Source: an uncultured Chitinophagales bacterium (GTDB lineage: Bacteria > Bacteroidota > Bacteroidia > Chitinophagales > JAHDHT01). From it: a stretch of 64,000 nt of DNA. Positions within the stretch are counted from its first letter, which is position 1, and every line of letters starts with the position of its first letter. Position numbers and translations under genes: made by a program. The stretch covers positions 21,838-85,837 of the forward strand of contig CALHDG010000126.1 of the NCBI GenBank assembly GCA_938023075.1, given 5' to 3'. The notes under the pieces are model-generated. The model saw nothing but the letters and a program-made list of their open reading frames with translations, made no database searches and was not told the DNA's origin. Shown piece after piece: positions 21,006 through 31,021 of the stretch.

Positions 21006-21440
21006 TCAACCTCGGCGAGATTTATAATCTCGCCTCATCTATTAAAAAGTAAAATACCAGCATTTGCAATGCGATACTACTCCCTTGCCAATTTTTAAAA
21101 GACAATTCAAGAAGTCGTTCAATTATCTTCAAGTCATTTTTCTGCTCTAATCCAACCTCGGCGAGATTTACAATCTCGCCGCATCTAGTAAGAAGTAAAT
21201 TACCAGCATTTGTAATGCGATATTATCAACTCTACCGCAAGTTTTTTTTAGACTTGTGGCAATTTTTCTTCAAGTCTTTTAGACTTGTAGATACTGCTCT
21301 AAACAAAGGCTAACCATTACTAAAGATGACACCTTTTTAGGAAAGATGTCACCTTTTACTCCTGAACCAACTTCTTCACTTCAATCCAACCTCGGTGAGA
21401 TTTATAATCTCGCCGCATCTATTAAATTGTAAAATGCCAG
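21006..21440. repeat. Three dispersed copies of a 56-72 bp repeat with a perfect hairpin
   Basis: Copies lie at 21006-21076, 21151-21222 and 21385-21440. The core is tccaacctcggcgagatttataatctcgccgcatct, with a 9-bp stem ggcgagatt/aatctcgcc. Confidence 0.8.
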
Positions 21441-21700
21441 TAAAGATTCGTTATTTGACGTATAAGAAAGAATTTTCTATATGTTTGATACCCTTCAAAA
21501 AAAAGTGGACATCATTGTGGTAGAAGACAGAAGCAGCGATGAGAATTGGTAACAAATTCATATGCTCAAACAAAAATATAGTGTCCGTTTAACTGTAATT
21601 CGGCTATCCAAAAATTTTGGACAATATCAGGCAAATTAATGTGGTTTACATTAAGCGAAAGGCAATTATTTGATTACCATTGATGATGGACAAGTTTAGT
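21441..21700 (+). pseudogene. Decayed fragment of a GT2 glycosyltransferase (paralogue of 16553-17479, N-terminal ~85 codons)
   Basis: Aligns by eye with 16585-16850 (for example gaattttctatatgtttgatacccttcaa... versus gaattttctatgtgtttgatacccttcaa...). It contains in-frame stops (tgg taa caa versus tgg caa caa; cat taa gcg versus cat tat gcc). Confidence 0.75.
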
Positions 21701-21739
21701 CACGTAAAAACCTTAACAACTCAACTCAAACTTTGAAAC

Positions 21740-22831
21740 CTACTTCAAATACCGAAAATCCTGCCCGTTTTTAATGGATTTCAAAGTATAGTAATACAAT
21801 CGAATTACATTATCTATATCTTCTCTACTAATGGTTTCAACGGTAGTATGCATATAGCGTAATGGGGTTGAAATTAAAGCAGAAACAACTCCGGTATTGG
21901 AATATGCCCAAGCATCGGTATCGGTACCAGTACTTCTTGATACCACTTCCAATTGATATGGAATTTTGTTCTTTTCAGCTGCTGCTTTTATTAATTTTAA
22001 AAGATTGTTGTGCACTGCCGGTCCGTAAGTAAGTATGGGTCCCTTGCCACATCTAAATTCTCCAAGCTCTTGTTTTTTAACTAAGGGTGTGCATGTATCG
22101 TGACCTACATCGGTAATAATGGCAACGTCCGGTTGAATACGATTGGCTACCATTTGAGCACCACGCAAACCTACTTCTTCTTGTACGGCATTCACAATAT
22201 ATAAACCATAAGGTAGTTTGTCTTTATTTTCTTTCAGCAAACGAGCCACCTGCGCAATCATAAAGCCCCCTACTCTATTATCAATTGCTCTACCGGCATA
22301 AAATTGACCATTATTCATAGGCATTAAACCGGCATCAAAAGTGGCAATGGTACCTACATCAATGCCCATATCAAGCACTTCTTGCTTGTTTCTTGCCCCT
22401 ACATCTATAAAAATATTATTTGCATTGGGTTGTGTAGTTTTACCCTTTCTTAAGTGAATAGCGGGCCAACCGAAAACTCCTTTTACAAAACCTTTTTCCG
22501 TATGCAAATTTACTCTATGCGAAGGAGCAATTTGTGGATCAGAACCGCCATTTCTTTCAACATACAAAAACCCCTCTTCATCTATATATTTAATATACCA
22601 GCTAATTTCATCGGCATGCGCTTCAATAACTACTTTATATTTTGCTTTCGGATTTATAATACCGTAAGCCGTTCCGTAATTATCAACTTCGTAGGTATCA
22701 ACATAGGGTTTTAAATAATCTAACCATATTTTTTGACCTGAAGATTCGTGTCCGGTTGGGGATGAACTATTTAAATATTTCTCAAGAAAAGTTAGCTCTT
22801 TTTTAGTAAGTATCTGCTTTTTTAAAGCCAT
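21740..22831 (-). CDS. M42-family metallo-aminopeptidase
   Basis: 363 aa. It resembles FrvX/glutamyl aminopeptidase, with HADEI and EEVGLRGA metal-ligand motifs. Confidence 0.85.
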   Translation of the reverse strand: MALKKQILTKKELTFLEKYLNSSSPTGHESSGQKIWLDYLKPYVDTYEVDNYGTAYGIINPKAKYKVVIEAHADEISWYIKYIDEEGFLYVERNGGSDPQIAPSHRVNLHTEKGFVKGVFGWPAIHLRKGKTTQPNANNIFIDVGARNKQEVLDMGIDVGTIATFDAGLMPMNNGQFYAGRAIDNRVGGFMIAQVARLLKENKDKLPYGLYIVNAVQEEVGLRGAQMVANRIQPDVAIITDVGHDTCTPLVKKQELGEFRCGKGPILTYGPAVHNNLLKLIKAAAEKNKIPYQLEVVSRSTGTDTDAWAYSNTGVVSALISTPLRYMHTTVETISREDIDNVIRLYYYTLKSIKNGQDFRYLK

Positions 22832-23027
22832 ATTGTTTCATTAATATTAATATAGTTTACAAAACTACGATATTTATTCTTTTTAAAAACTATTAAATTC
22901 AAATTAAACTAAGTAAACCTCTGTTATACGCGGCACGTAAATTTAAGTTTCTTTAATAACATATTTTTTATACGAAATAAAATAAAAATCAATTACAAAC
23001 ATTTTAAGTTAGTTATAGATAAATAGT

Positions 23028-23035
23028 TAATTTTG
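23028..23035 (+). promoter_or_regulatory. Bacteroidota-type -7 promoter box TAnnTTTG
   Basis: taattttg lies 29 nt upstream of the ATG at 23065. Confidence 0.4.
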
Positions 23036-23064
23036 CGACTCCCAAAATTAAGTAAAAAACAAAT

Positions 23065-26000
23065 ATGTCATTATCTGAATTTAAAAAGTACAATAATATA
23101 GTTGGATGGGTTTTGCTTGCCATTTCAGCTTTAGTATACACCCTAACTATGGAATCTTCTGCTAGTTTTTGGGATTGTGGCGAATTTATTGCCGCCTCTT
23201 ACAAACTACAAGTTGTGCATCCACCGGGTGCGCCCATATTTTTAATGTTAGGGCGTTTATTCACTTTGCTCTCTTTTGGTAGTGTCGAAATGATTTCTGT
23301 CATGGTTAACTTTATGTCGGCTCTCTGCTCGGCATTCGCTATGTTGTTCTTGTTTTGGTCAATCACCCATTTGGCAAGAAGAGCGTATCTAAAAAAACAC
23401 GACGTGTTAGACAGAAGCGCAGCAATTGCCATTTTAGGTAGTGGCTTTGTGGGAGCATTAGCGGGTACATTTTGCGATTCCATTTGGTTTTCAGCAGTAG
23501 AGGCAGAAGTTTATTCGATGTCATTATTTTTTACCGCCTTAGTAGTTTGGCTAACCTTAAAATGGGATGAACACGCCAACGAACCTTATGCCGACCGTTG
23601 GTTACTGCTCATTTTCTTTTTAATGGGTGTTTCTATTGGCGTGCATTGGCTCAATTTGTTAACCCTGCCGGCAATATGCTATATTTATTTTTTTAGAAGA
23701 TATAATTTTAGTTGGAAAGGCTTTTTTCTAACCGGTATTATTTCAGTAGCTATACTTGGTTTTTTTTTGAAAGTGGTCATTACCGGATTGGCAGGTATCG
23801 CCTCAGGCTTTGAAATTACTTTTGTCAACAGTTTCGGCTTGCCGTTTAACAGTGGTGTATTCTTTTTTATTTTCTTACTTATAACCGCCATTATTGTCGG
23901 TTTATATATTTTAAGAAAATTGGGATTGGTAATTGGCTACAATGCTCTGTTAGCTTTTACTATGATTATGATTGGTTTTGCCCCAATTGTAACCACGGTT
24001 ATCAGAGCTAATGCAGATACACCCATTAATATGAACGACCCAAAAGATATGCCCAGCTTAATGTCGTTTTTACACAGAGAACAATATGGTTCTCGCCCCT
24101 TGTTGAGCGGACCATACTATTATACAAAGCCTATCGACACAAAAGTATATGATAAAATTTATCAAAAAGGAAAAGATAAATATGAGGTAGTTGGTGAGAA
24201 ATTTAATTACGAATACGATGATAAAGAAACCATTTTATTTCCGCGTATGCATTCACCAGATGCTTCTCATAAATCATTATATGAACAATGGGTAGGTTTA
24301 CGACCCGGCAAAAAGCCCACTTATGCCGATAATATCGAATTTTTCTGGAAATATCAATTAGGTTGGATGTATTGGCGCTATTTTAATTGGAATTTTGTTG
24401 GCAGGCAAAACGATATACAAGGGGTGCGTGGACCACAAGATGGTAATTGGTTAAGTGGCATTGGTTTTTTAGATAGCCGAAGGTTAGGTCCACAAGCCGA
24501 TTTACCAGATTACAAAAAAAACAATCACTCTCGAAATACTTTCTTTTTCATACCCTTATTAATTGGTTTATTAGGAGCTGTTTTTCATTTTACCAGTGAT
24601 AAATATCGAGCTTTTGCTGTATTGGCTTTATTTGTTTCAATGGGTATTTTATTAATTATCTATGGTAACTCGCCACCCATTGAACCCAGAGAAAGAGACT
24701 ATATTTTTGCCGGCTCCTTTTGGGCATTTTGCATTTGGATTGGTTTGGGCGTAATGGCATTATATGATATTTTAAGAAAACCAATTGGAAAACAGTTTGC
24801 CGCTTATGCCGCCGTTGCCATTGCTTTTATCGCTCCGGCTTTAATGGGTTCTCAAGGTTGGAATGATCATAACCGGGGTGGCAGCACCATTGCCCGCGAT
24901 ATGGCACGCAACTATTTAGAATCGTGCGAACCCAACTCAATTTTGTTTACGCAAGGTGATAACGATACTTACCCATTATGGTATGCACAAGAAGTAGAAG
25001 GGGTCAGAACAGATATACGCATAGTTAACCTGAGTTTATTAGGTGTTGATTGGTACATCAATCAATTGCGTAAAAAGTCCAACGAAGCGGCTCCGGTTAA
25101 ATTTAGTGTAACACCAGATAAATACAGAGGCGATAAACGGAATATGATTCAATTTTTGGAAAACCCGGAAGTAGCACCTAAAGGAAAACATTTTAATTTA
25201 GCCAGTATTGTCGATTTTATGAATCGGGATGATACGCGTTTGCCACTTCAATCGGGTAGAAAGGTCAATTATTATCCAACCAAAAATTTGAGTATTGATG
25301 TAAATAAACAAACTATCATGGATAAACAAATGGTTGCACCGCAAGATTATGATAAAATAGTGGATAAAATGACTTGGAAAATGAACCGTAACAGCTTGTT
25401 GAAAAATGATATTTATTTGTTAGATATCATTGCTGAAAATGCAAAAAATGGATGGGAACGTCCCGTTTATTTTGCAGTTTCCATTAATCCGGATAGTTAT
25501 TTGGGCTTACAAAAATATTTTCAATTAGAAGGTTTAACTTATCGCTTAGTTCCTGTAGAGGCAGTAAGCCAAGGTGGCTATACCGGCAGAATACGATCGG
25601 ATGTGATGTATGAAAATCTAATGAATGACTTTACTTTTGGTAATATTGAAGACCCTAGTGTTTCAACCACCGAAACCATTAGAAGAATGGCAACCAACTT
25701 GCGAAGTAATTTTGCGCGTTTAGCCTTACAATTGGCTGAAGAAGGTGAAACCGAAAAAGCCAAACAAATTTTAGAAAAAGGCTTAACTTATCTAAACAAC
25801 AACAAAATACCTTTTGACTTTTTTACCGTTTTTGCAGTAGAAGCCTATTACAAAGCCAATGCAGCCGATAAAGCCATTGAAGTATCGGATAAAATTGCCT
25901 ATAATTTGTTAGATGATTTGGAATATGTAAGAAGTTTACCAAAAGATATGTTGAAAGCCTACGAGCAAGACGCCCGGATGGCGGAAATTGGCATGGGTGA

Positions 26001-26097
26001 ATTGATTAGAATGGCAGAAGAAAATGAACAAAACGCTTGGATAGATACGGTAAAAGGTAGATATGAAAGTGTGTCGCTAATGGGCGCTGCCAGATAG
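23065..26097 (+). CDS. DUF2723-type polytopic membrane protein (putative glycosyltransferase-fold) with a large C-terminal soluble region
   Basis: 1010 aa. It has an N-terminal SASFWDCGEFIA motif, about 10 TM helices and a TPR-like tail. Confidence 0.8.
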   Translation: MSLSEFKKYNNIVGWVLLAISALVYTLTMESSASFWDCGEFIAASYKLQVVHPPGAPIFLMLGRLFTLLSFGSVEMISVMVNFMSALCSAFAMLFLFWSITHLARRAYLKKHDVLDRSAAIAILGSGFVGALAGTFCDSIWFSAVEAEVYSMSLFFTALVVWLTLKWDEHANEPYADRWLLLIFFLMGVSIGVHWLNLLTLPAICYIYFFRRYNFSWKGFFLTGIISVAILGFFLKVVITGLAGIASGFEITFVNSFGLPFNSGVFFFIFLLITAIIVGLYILRKLGLVIGYNALLAFTMIMIGFAPIVTTVIRANADTPINMNDPKDMPSLMSFLHREQYGSRPLLSGPYYYTKPIDTKVYDKIYQKGKDKYEVVGEKFNYEYDDKETILFPRMHSPDASHKSLYEQWVGLRPGKKPTYADNIEFFWKYQLGWMYWRYFNWNFVGRQNDIQGVRGPQDGNWLSGIGFLDSRRLGPQADLPDYKKNNHSRNTFFFIPLLIGLLGAVFHFTSDKYRAFAVLALFVSMGILLIIYGNSPPIEPRERDYIFAGSFWAFCIWIGLGVMALYDILRKPIGKQFAAYAAVAIAFIAPALMGSQGWNDHNRGGSTIARDMARNYLESCEPNSILFTQGDNDTYPLWYAQEVEGVRTDIRIVNLSLLGVDWYINQLRKKSNEAAPVKFSVTPDKYRGDKRNMIQFLENPEVAPKGKHFNLASIVDFMNRDDTRLPLQSGRKVNYYPTKNLSIDVNKQTIMDKQMVAPQDYDKIVDKMTWKMNRNSLLKNDIYLLDIIAENAKNGWERPVYFAVSINPDSYLGLQKYFQLEGLTYRLVPVEAVSQGGYTGRIRSDVMYENLMNDFTFGNIEDPSVSTTETIRRMATNLRSNFARLALQLAEEGETEKAKQILEKGLTYLNNNKIPFDFFTVFAVEAYYKANAADKAIEVSDKIAYNLLDDLEYVRSLPKDMLKAYEQDARMAEIGMGELIRMAEENEQNAWIDTVKGRYESVSLMGAAR

Positions 26098-26264
26098 CCC
26101 CACCCTTAATAAACTAAACCCGATTGCAATGGAAAGCCCACAGCTGCAGTTTAGCCTTGTGTGTTGGCAGGCGAGGACTTGCAATGGAAAGCGGGACTGC
26201 AATTCGAAAATATAGCTGCTGATTATTTTCTAATTAACAAAAACTGATACTGGCAGATAAATTT

Positions 26265-26272
26265 TATATTTG
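26265..26272 (+). promoter_or_regulatory. Bacteroidota-type -7 promoter box TAnnTTTG
   Basis: tatatttg lies 13 nt upstream of the ATG at 26286. Confidence 0.35.
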
Positions 26273-26285
26273 CCATAAGACTAAT

Positions 26286-28355
26286 ATGGTAAAAGAAGCA
26301 GAAAAAATTGACATCAACATTTTAAGAAAAGCCTATCGCATGATGTCGTTGGCGAAACGGATGGCTGAAATTTATGAGGAGAACCGCGATATCACACAAT
26401 ACGTTCACGGTACTTCACGAGGGCATGAGGCTATTCAATTAGCAGCAGCCTTTCAGTTAACACCGTTTGATTATGCTGCACCGTACTACCGCGACGAATC
26501 GATGATGTTGGGTTTTGGCTACAGCCCTTACGAGTTAATGCTTCAATTACTTTGTAAAAAAGATGATCCTTTTAGTGGAGGAAGATCTTATTATTCGCAT
26601 CCCGCAGCAAAGCATCAAGGCAAGCCGGTTATCTTACACCAATCTGCCGCAACGGGTATGCAAGCTATTCCGGCAACCGGTTTGGCGCAAGCTATTCAGT
26701 ATAAAGAAGAACAAGGTTTATCTGACCAAACAAAAAAGTCTATCGTATTGTGTTCTTTAGGAGATGGTTCGGTTACGGAGGGAGAAGTTGCAGAGGCTTT
26801 TCAATTTGCGGTGTTACATCAATTACCTATTTTATATTTAGTGCAAGATAATGAATGGGGTATTTCAGTTACGGCTGCAGAATCGCGAGCCATGAATGCT
26901 TATGAATATGCTGCAGGTTTTAAAGGCATGGAACGCAGGCAATGCGATGGTAGCTTATTTGAAGAGGCATACCTTTGCATGAAAGAAGCTACACAATATG
27001 TGCGCAATAATAGAGCTCCTATATTAGTACGTGCTTCGGTGCCTTTATTGGGGCATCATACTTCTGGTGTAAGAAAAGAATGGTATAGAGGCGAACATGA
27101 TTTGGCGAAACATTATTTGGATGACCCAAATCCTAAATTTCGTAATTATTTAAAAGAACTCGGCTTTAGTGAAACCGATTTAAGTGAAATTGAGCAGACG
27201 GCGTACCAAGAAGCCAACCTTGCTTTTGAACAAGCCAAAAATGCGCAAGAACCTTTAATTGAAGAAATTTCAACGCATATTTTTGCGGCTACTCCGGTAA
27301 GCAAAGAACAAGGCGAGCGCAACCCAATTAATGGAGAAAAAGTAGTAATGGTAGATGCCGCTTTGCATGCAGTAGAAGAAATTATGCGGCAATATCCAGA
27401 AGCCCTTTTGTATGGACAAGATGTTGGCGGAAGGCTTGGTGGTGTTTTTAGAGAAGCCGCCACTTTAGAACAAAAGTTCGGCAAAAAAAGAGTTTTTAAT
27501 ACTGCGATACAAGAAGCCTATTTGGTTGGTTCAACCAAAGGCATGTCGCTTGGTGGTTGTAAACCCATTGTTGAAATTCAATTTTGTGATTATATGTGGC
27601 CCGGTATTAATCAGTTGGCAACTGAATTGGCAAAATCGAATTATTTGTCTATTGGTCAACATCCAGTACAGTGTGTTATTCGTATACCGGTTGGGGCTTA
27701 TGATAGAGGTGGACCCTATCATAGCGGGACTCATGAATCTTCTTTACTGCCAATAAAAGGAATTAAAATAGTGTACCCTTCCAACGCTGCCGATATGAAA
27801 GGTTTGTTTAAAGCAGCTTTTTTAGATCCTAATCCCGTAGTAATGTTAGAGCATAAAGGTTTATATTGGAGTAAAGTAAAAGGTACAGAGGCGGCTAAAA
27901 CTGTTGAACCAGATGAACACTATATCATTCCGTTGGGTAAAGCTCGGATCGCTTTAGAGTGTTCTACTGAACAAGTAGTAATTGGCAACACGCTTTGTGT
28001 AATTACTTATGGTATGGGTGTTCATTGGGCATTAAATGCTGCTAAACAATTTGAAGGTTGTATAGAAATTATTGATCTTCGAACATTAGCTCCTTTAGAT
28101 GAAGTGACCATTTTTGAAACGGTGAAAAGACATGGTAAGTGTATTGTTTTAACCGAAGAACCCGTACAAGATTCTTTTGCCGAAAGCCTTGCTGGAAGAA
28201 TTAGTAAACATTGTTGGGAATATTTAGATGCTCCAATTGAAGTTGTTGGAGCAATGAATTTACCTGCCGTTCCGTTAAATTATGGTTTAGAAAAAACAAT
28301 GTTGCCGTCTGCTGAAAAGTTGGCGAAAGTTATGGATGAATTGATTAATTATTAA
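26286..28355 (+). CDS. Fused 2-oxoacid dehydrogenase E1 alpha/beta (TPP-dependent)
   Basis: 689 aa. The N-terminal half is E1-alpha-like (GDGSVTEGE TPP motif). The C-terminal half is E1-beta/transketolase-like. Confidence 0.8.
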   Translation: MVKEAEKIDINILRKAYRMMSLAKRMAEIYEENRDITQYVHGTSRGHEAIQLAAAFQLTPFDYAAPYYRDESMMLGFGYSPYELMLQLLCKKDDPFSGGRSYYSHPAAKHQGKPVILHQSAATGMQAIPATGLAQAIQYKEEQGLSDQTKKSIVLCSLGDGSVTEGEVAEAFQFAVLHQLPILYLVQDNEWGISVTAAESRAMNAYEYAAGFKGMERRQCDGSLFEEAYLCMKEATQYVRNNRAPILVRASVPLLGHHTSGVRKEWYRGEHDLAKHYLDDPNPKFRNYLKELGFSETDLSEIEQTAYQEANLAFEQAKNAQEPLIEEISTHIFAATPVSKEQGERNPINGEKVVMVDAALHAVEEIMRQYPEALLYGQDVGGRLGGVFREAATLEQKFGKKRVFNTAIQEAYLVGSTKGMSLGGCKPIVEIQFCDYMWPGINQLATELAKSNYLSIGQHPVQCVIRIPVGAYDRGGPYHSGTHESSLLPIKGIKIVYPSNAADMKGLFKAAFLDPNPVVMLEHKGLYWSKVKGTEAAKTVEPDEHYIIPLGKARIALECSTEQVVIGNTLCVITYGMGVHWALNAAKQFEGCIEIIDLRTLAPLDEVTIFETVKRHGKCIVLTEEPVQDSFAESLAGRISKHCWEYLDAPIEVVGAMNLPAVPLNYGLEKTMLPSAEKLAKVMDELINY

Positions 28356-28359
28356 TTGA

Positions 28360-29532
28360 TTGATTATTCAATTTAAATTATTAGTTGTGTTGAAAATAAA
28401 ATATCCCATATTACTGTTGATTCTGTTTTGGAGTAACGTTAATTTGCTATCTCAAAATTTATCTCCGGCATCATCTACCATATCTTTACTTACTGCTTCA
28501 CCGGGTGAAGAATTATATACTACCTTTGGTCATTCGGCTATAAGAATACAAGATACTTTAAGCGGTAGCGACATTGTTTACAACTATGGAATTTTCAATT
28601 TTCGGACACCTAACTTTTACCAAAAATTCATTCGAGGAAAATTGATGTACCAGCTCGGGCGACAACAATTGAACAGTTTTTTAGATGTTTATACTCGGGA
28701 GAACCGGAAAGTAACCGAGCGGGTGATGAATTTAACCGATAGCCAAAAGGCTGCAGTCATCAACTTTCTGGCGCAAAACTATCTGCCAGAAAACCGGGAA
28801 TATTTGTACGATTTTTTTTATGATAATTGTGCTTCAAGAATTAGAGATGTAGTGGAGATTGAGTTAGGTGCAGGTTTTGAATATAGCGATACCTCAAACC
28901 GTAAAGTAACTTTCAGGCAGTTATTAGATGAATATTTAATTACCATGCCTTGGGCAGATTTTGGTATTGATTTAATATTGGGTTTGAAAGCTGATAAAAG
29001 AGCGAGCTTTCGCCATCAAATGTTTTTGCCCGATTATCTGGAAAGTAACCTCAATAAAGGCAAGGTAAATTATAAGCCGTTATTTTCAGAATCTACAACA
29101 CTCCTACCCTATCAGTTTCAACCCAATACTTCAGTTGGTTTTTTTACCCCACTCGTTGTGATGATACTTCTTTTATTGGGAACTGCTTTATTTACTTTTT
29201 TGGTTCAAAACAAAATCTTACAAAACACCTTTGATGTATTCTTGTTTTTAGTTTTAGGTATGATGGGTTGTGTTTTTCTGTTTATGTGGTTTGGTACAGA
29301 TCATCAGGCATGCCATCAGAACGTAAACATGCTATGGGCTAATCCGCTGTATCTATTTTTAGCACCTTTTGCGCTTATAAAAAACTGGAGATGGTTTTGG
29401 TGGTCTATACTTAGAATATCTGGTGCTTTATTGCTTTTGTTTCCCATATTTCCTCAACAATATCATTTGGCTTTTATTCCTATTTTTTTGTTGATTGGGC
29501 TGCGATGTTGGTACCGGGTTTTTAAACATTAA
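28360..29532 (+). CDS. DUF4105-domain membrane protein (Lnb-like)
   Basis: SLLTASPGEELYTTFGHSAIRI is the DUF4105 N-terminal signature. Several C-terminal TM helices follow. The start is uncertain (TTG at 28360, alternatives GTG 28387 and TTG 28390, no ATG nearby). Confidence 0.7.
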   Translation: MIIQFKLLVVLKIKYPILLLILFWSNVNLLSQNLSPASSTISLLTASPGEELYTTFGHSAIRIQDTLSGSDIVYNYGIFNFRTPNFYQKFIRGKLMYQLGRQQLNSFLDVYTRENRKVTERVMNLTDSQKAAVINFLAQNYLPENREYLYDFFYDNCASRIRDVVEIELGAGFEYSDTSNRKVTFRQLLDEYLITMPWADFGIDLILGLKADKRASFRHQMFLPDYLESNLNKGKVNYKPLFSESTTLLPYQFQPNTSVGFFTPLVVMILLLLGTALFTFLVQNKILQNTFDVFLFLVLGMMGCVFLFMWFGTDHQACHQNVNMLWANPLYLFLAPFALIKNWRWFWWSILRISGALLLLFPIFPQQYHLAFIPIFLLIGLRCWYRVFKH

Positions 29533-30079
29533 TTATATAATTAGAATTCTATAATAATTGTAAAAATAAATGCACCCAATTAACACCTACTACAAAGTAG
29601 TTGAGTTTATAGGAAAACGACTTGAAGTCGTTATGGCAACAAACAATTCACCCTGAAAACCTTATCATTAAATCATTTTGCTGCGAATCCATGTAGTGAA
29701 ACGGATTGGACTGCGCAGTATCTGTGTGCTTTAGACTAATTAACCTATGCTGTATTCGTCTATTTCTAAGCCTAATTGCTTACATAATAATACAGTTATA
29801 CAGTTCAATTAAAGTCAAAAAACCAATTTCAGCTATAATTTTTTTTCAACTATTTGGTAATGTTTTAGTGTTTAGCAGGATATAAAAGCAAAACAAAACA
29901 ACCATGTAAAAAATAATGAACTGAAACCGGCAAACTTATTTCGAGGAAGTAAGTAAGCCAAGCGACCCCGGCTAAACGTGGACTAAAAAATACCCTTTAC
30001 AACAAATGAGCAAAGCGATTTAAAAAAATAAAACAAAACCGCTTTACTCCTTATTATTAATCGATAAACAAAATTAAAC

Positions 30080-30841
30080 ATGATTTTTTTAAAATTTAAA
30101 TCAACAACAATTTTTAGCAGCTTGATAGCTGTAATTTGCTTAAGCTTTTTTTTGACCTCTTGCGAAAAAACTGAACAAGTAATTGATGCCGCTACTACGG
30201 AAGCTATACAAGAGGGAAACAAAAGTACCACCAACAATAACGAAGAACTTTTGATTGATGAAAACACAGAAGTATTAGAACCTGCTTTGCGGATGAGTTT
30301 TAGTGACGATTTGACCCGTGAAGAAGCCGACGCCCAATGGAAAAAAGCAGTGGACAAATACATCAACCAATTAAAATTGGAAGAACCTCAATTAGCTGAA
30401 AGAGGTGTTAGTACGGAACTATTTTTTCGATTAAGAACCAAAACAGGACCGCAAACCAATAACGGTACAGATGCTAATGTGTATGGCAGACTTAATTTTG
30501 CATCTAACAGAGGTAATATTACTACTAAATGGTTTAATTTAGATAATTTTGGAGACGACCGGGAAGAAGGTGATTGGGATTATTATTTGTTAAGAGCACC
30601 GATTAACGGTTCGTCTATTAGCTGGGCACGTGCGCGATGGGGGCAGCTCGCTTTAAAAGGAACCGACGGTTGGTTTCCAACAGATTTTGACATTTATATG
30701 TATCCAAGCTACCAAACGGTTTCGGCAACGGGTAGTTCACATCTCTATAGTCATCCTAATGTATGGTTAGATAATTCGAGTTCAAGTAGTTGGGATTATT
30801 ACAATACTGGCACTATTGGTTATGGTGTTTTAGACTTTTAA
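30080..30841 (+). CDS. Secreted lipoprotein with a PLAT/LH2-like domain
   Basis: Lipobox FFLTSC. NGTDANVYGRLNFASNRGNITTKWFNLDNFGDDREEGDWDYY resembles the PLAT pattern GTDA-V-I-L-G....F.RG..D. Confidence 0.5.
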   Translation: MIFLKFKSTTIFSSLIAVICLSFFLTSCEKTEQVIDAATTEAIQEGNKSTTNNNEELLIDENTEVLEPALRMSFSDDLTREEADAQWKKAVDKYINQLKLEEPQLAERGVSTELFFRLRTKTGPQTNNGTDANVYGRLNFASNRGNITTKWFNLDNFGDDREEGDWDYYLLRAPINGSSISWARARWGQLALKGTDGWFPTDFDIYMYPSYQTVSATGSSHLYSHPNVWLDNSSSSSWDYYNTGTIGYGVLDF

Positions 30842-30863
30842 AATTACAATTAATATAATAAAA

Positions 30864-30898
30864 CTGTCTTGCATATATTTTAGGTAAGGCAGTTTTTT
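30864..30898 (+). terminator. Rho-independent terminator
   Basis: ctgtcttgc (30864-30872) pairs with gtaaggcag (30884-30892) with two G-U pairs, followed by tttttt. Confidence 0.5.
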
Positions 30899-31021
30899 AA
30901 TACTTCTAAAATACTCTTTAATTACATTTTGTATTATATATTATTTAATTTTAACGTATTCGCTTTTCCAATCAATTAACAATCCTTTATTAAACTAAGA
31001 GGGAATTAAACAATTGTCTGG

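Noticed and set aside
21006-21440. A possible CRISPR or attenuator array formed by three hairpin repeats
   Set aside because: The spacing is irregular (145 and 234 bp) and the intervening segments are themselves related to each other and to the 16300-16550 region. The pattern fits duplication debris or a dispersed repeat better than a CRISPR.
29983-30366. A 127-aa minus-strand ORF overlapping the start of the PLAT-like lipoprotein gene
   Set aside because: It has Ser/Leu-rich low-complexity translation and is antisense to an ORF with a clean lipoprotein signal. No independent support exists.
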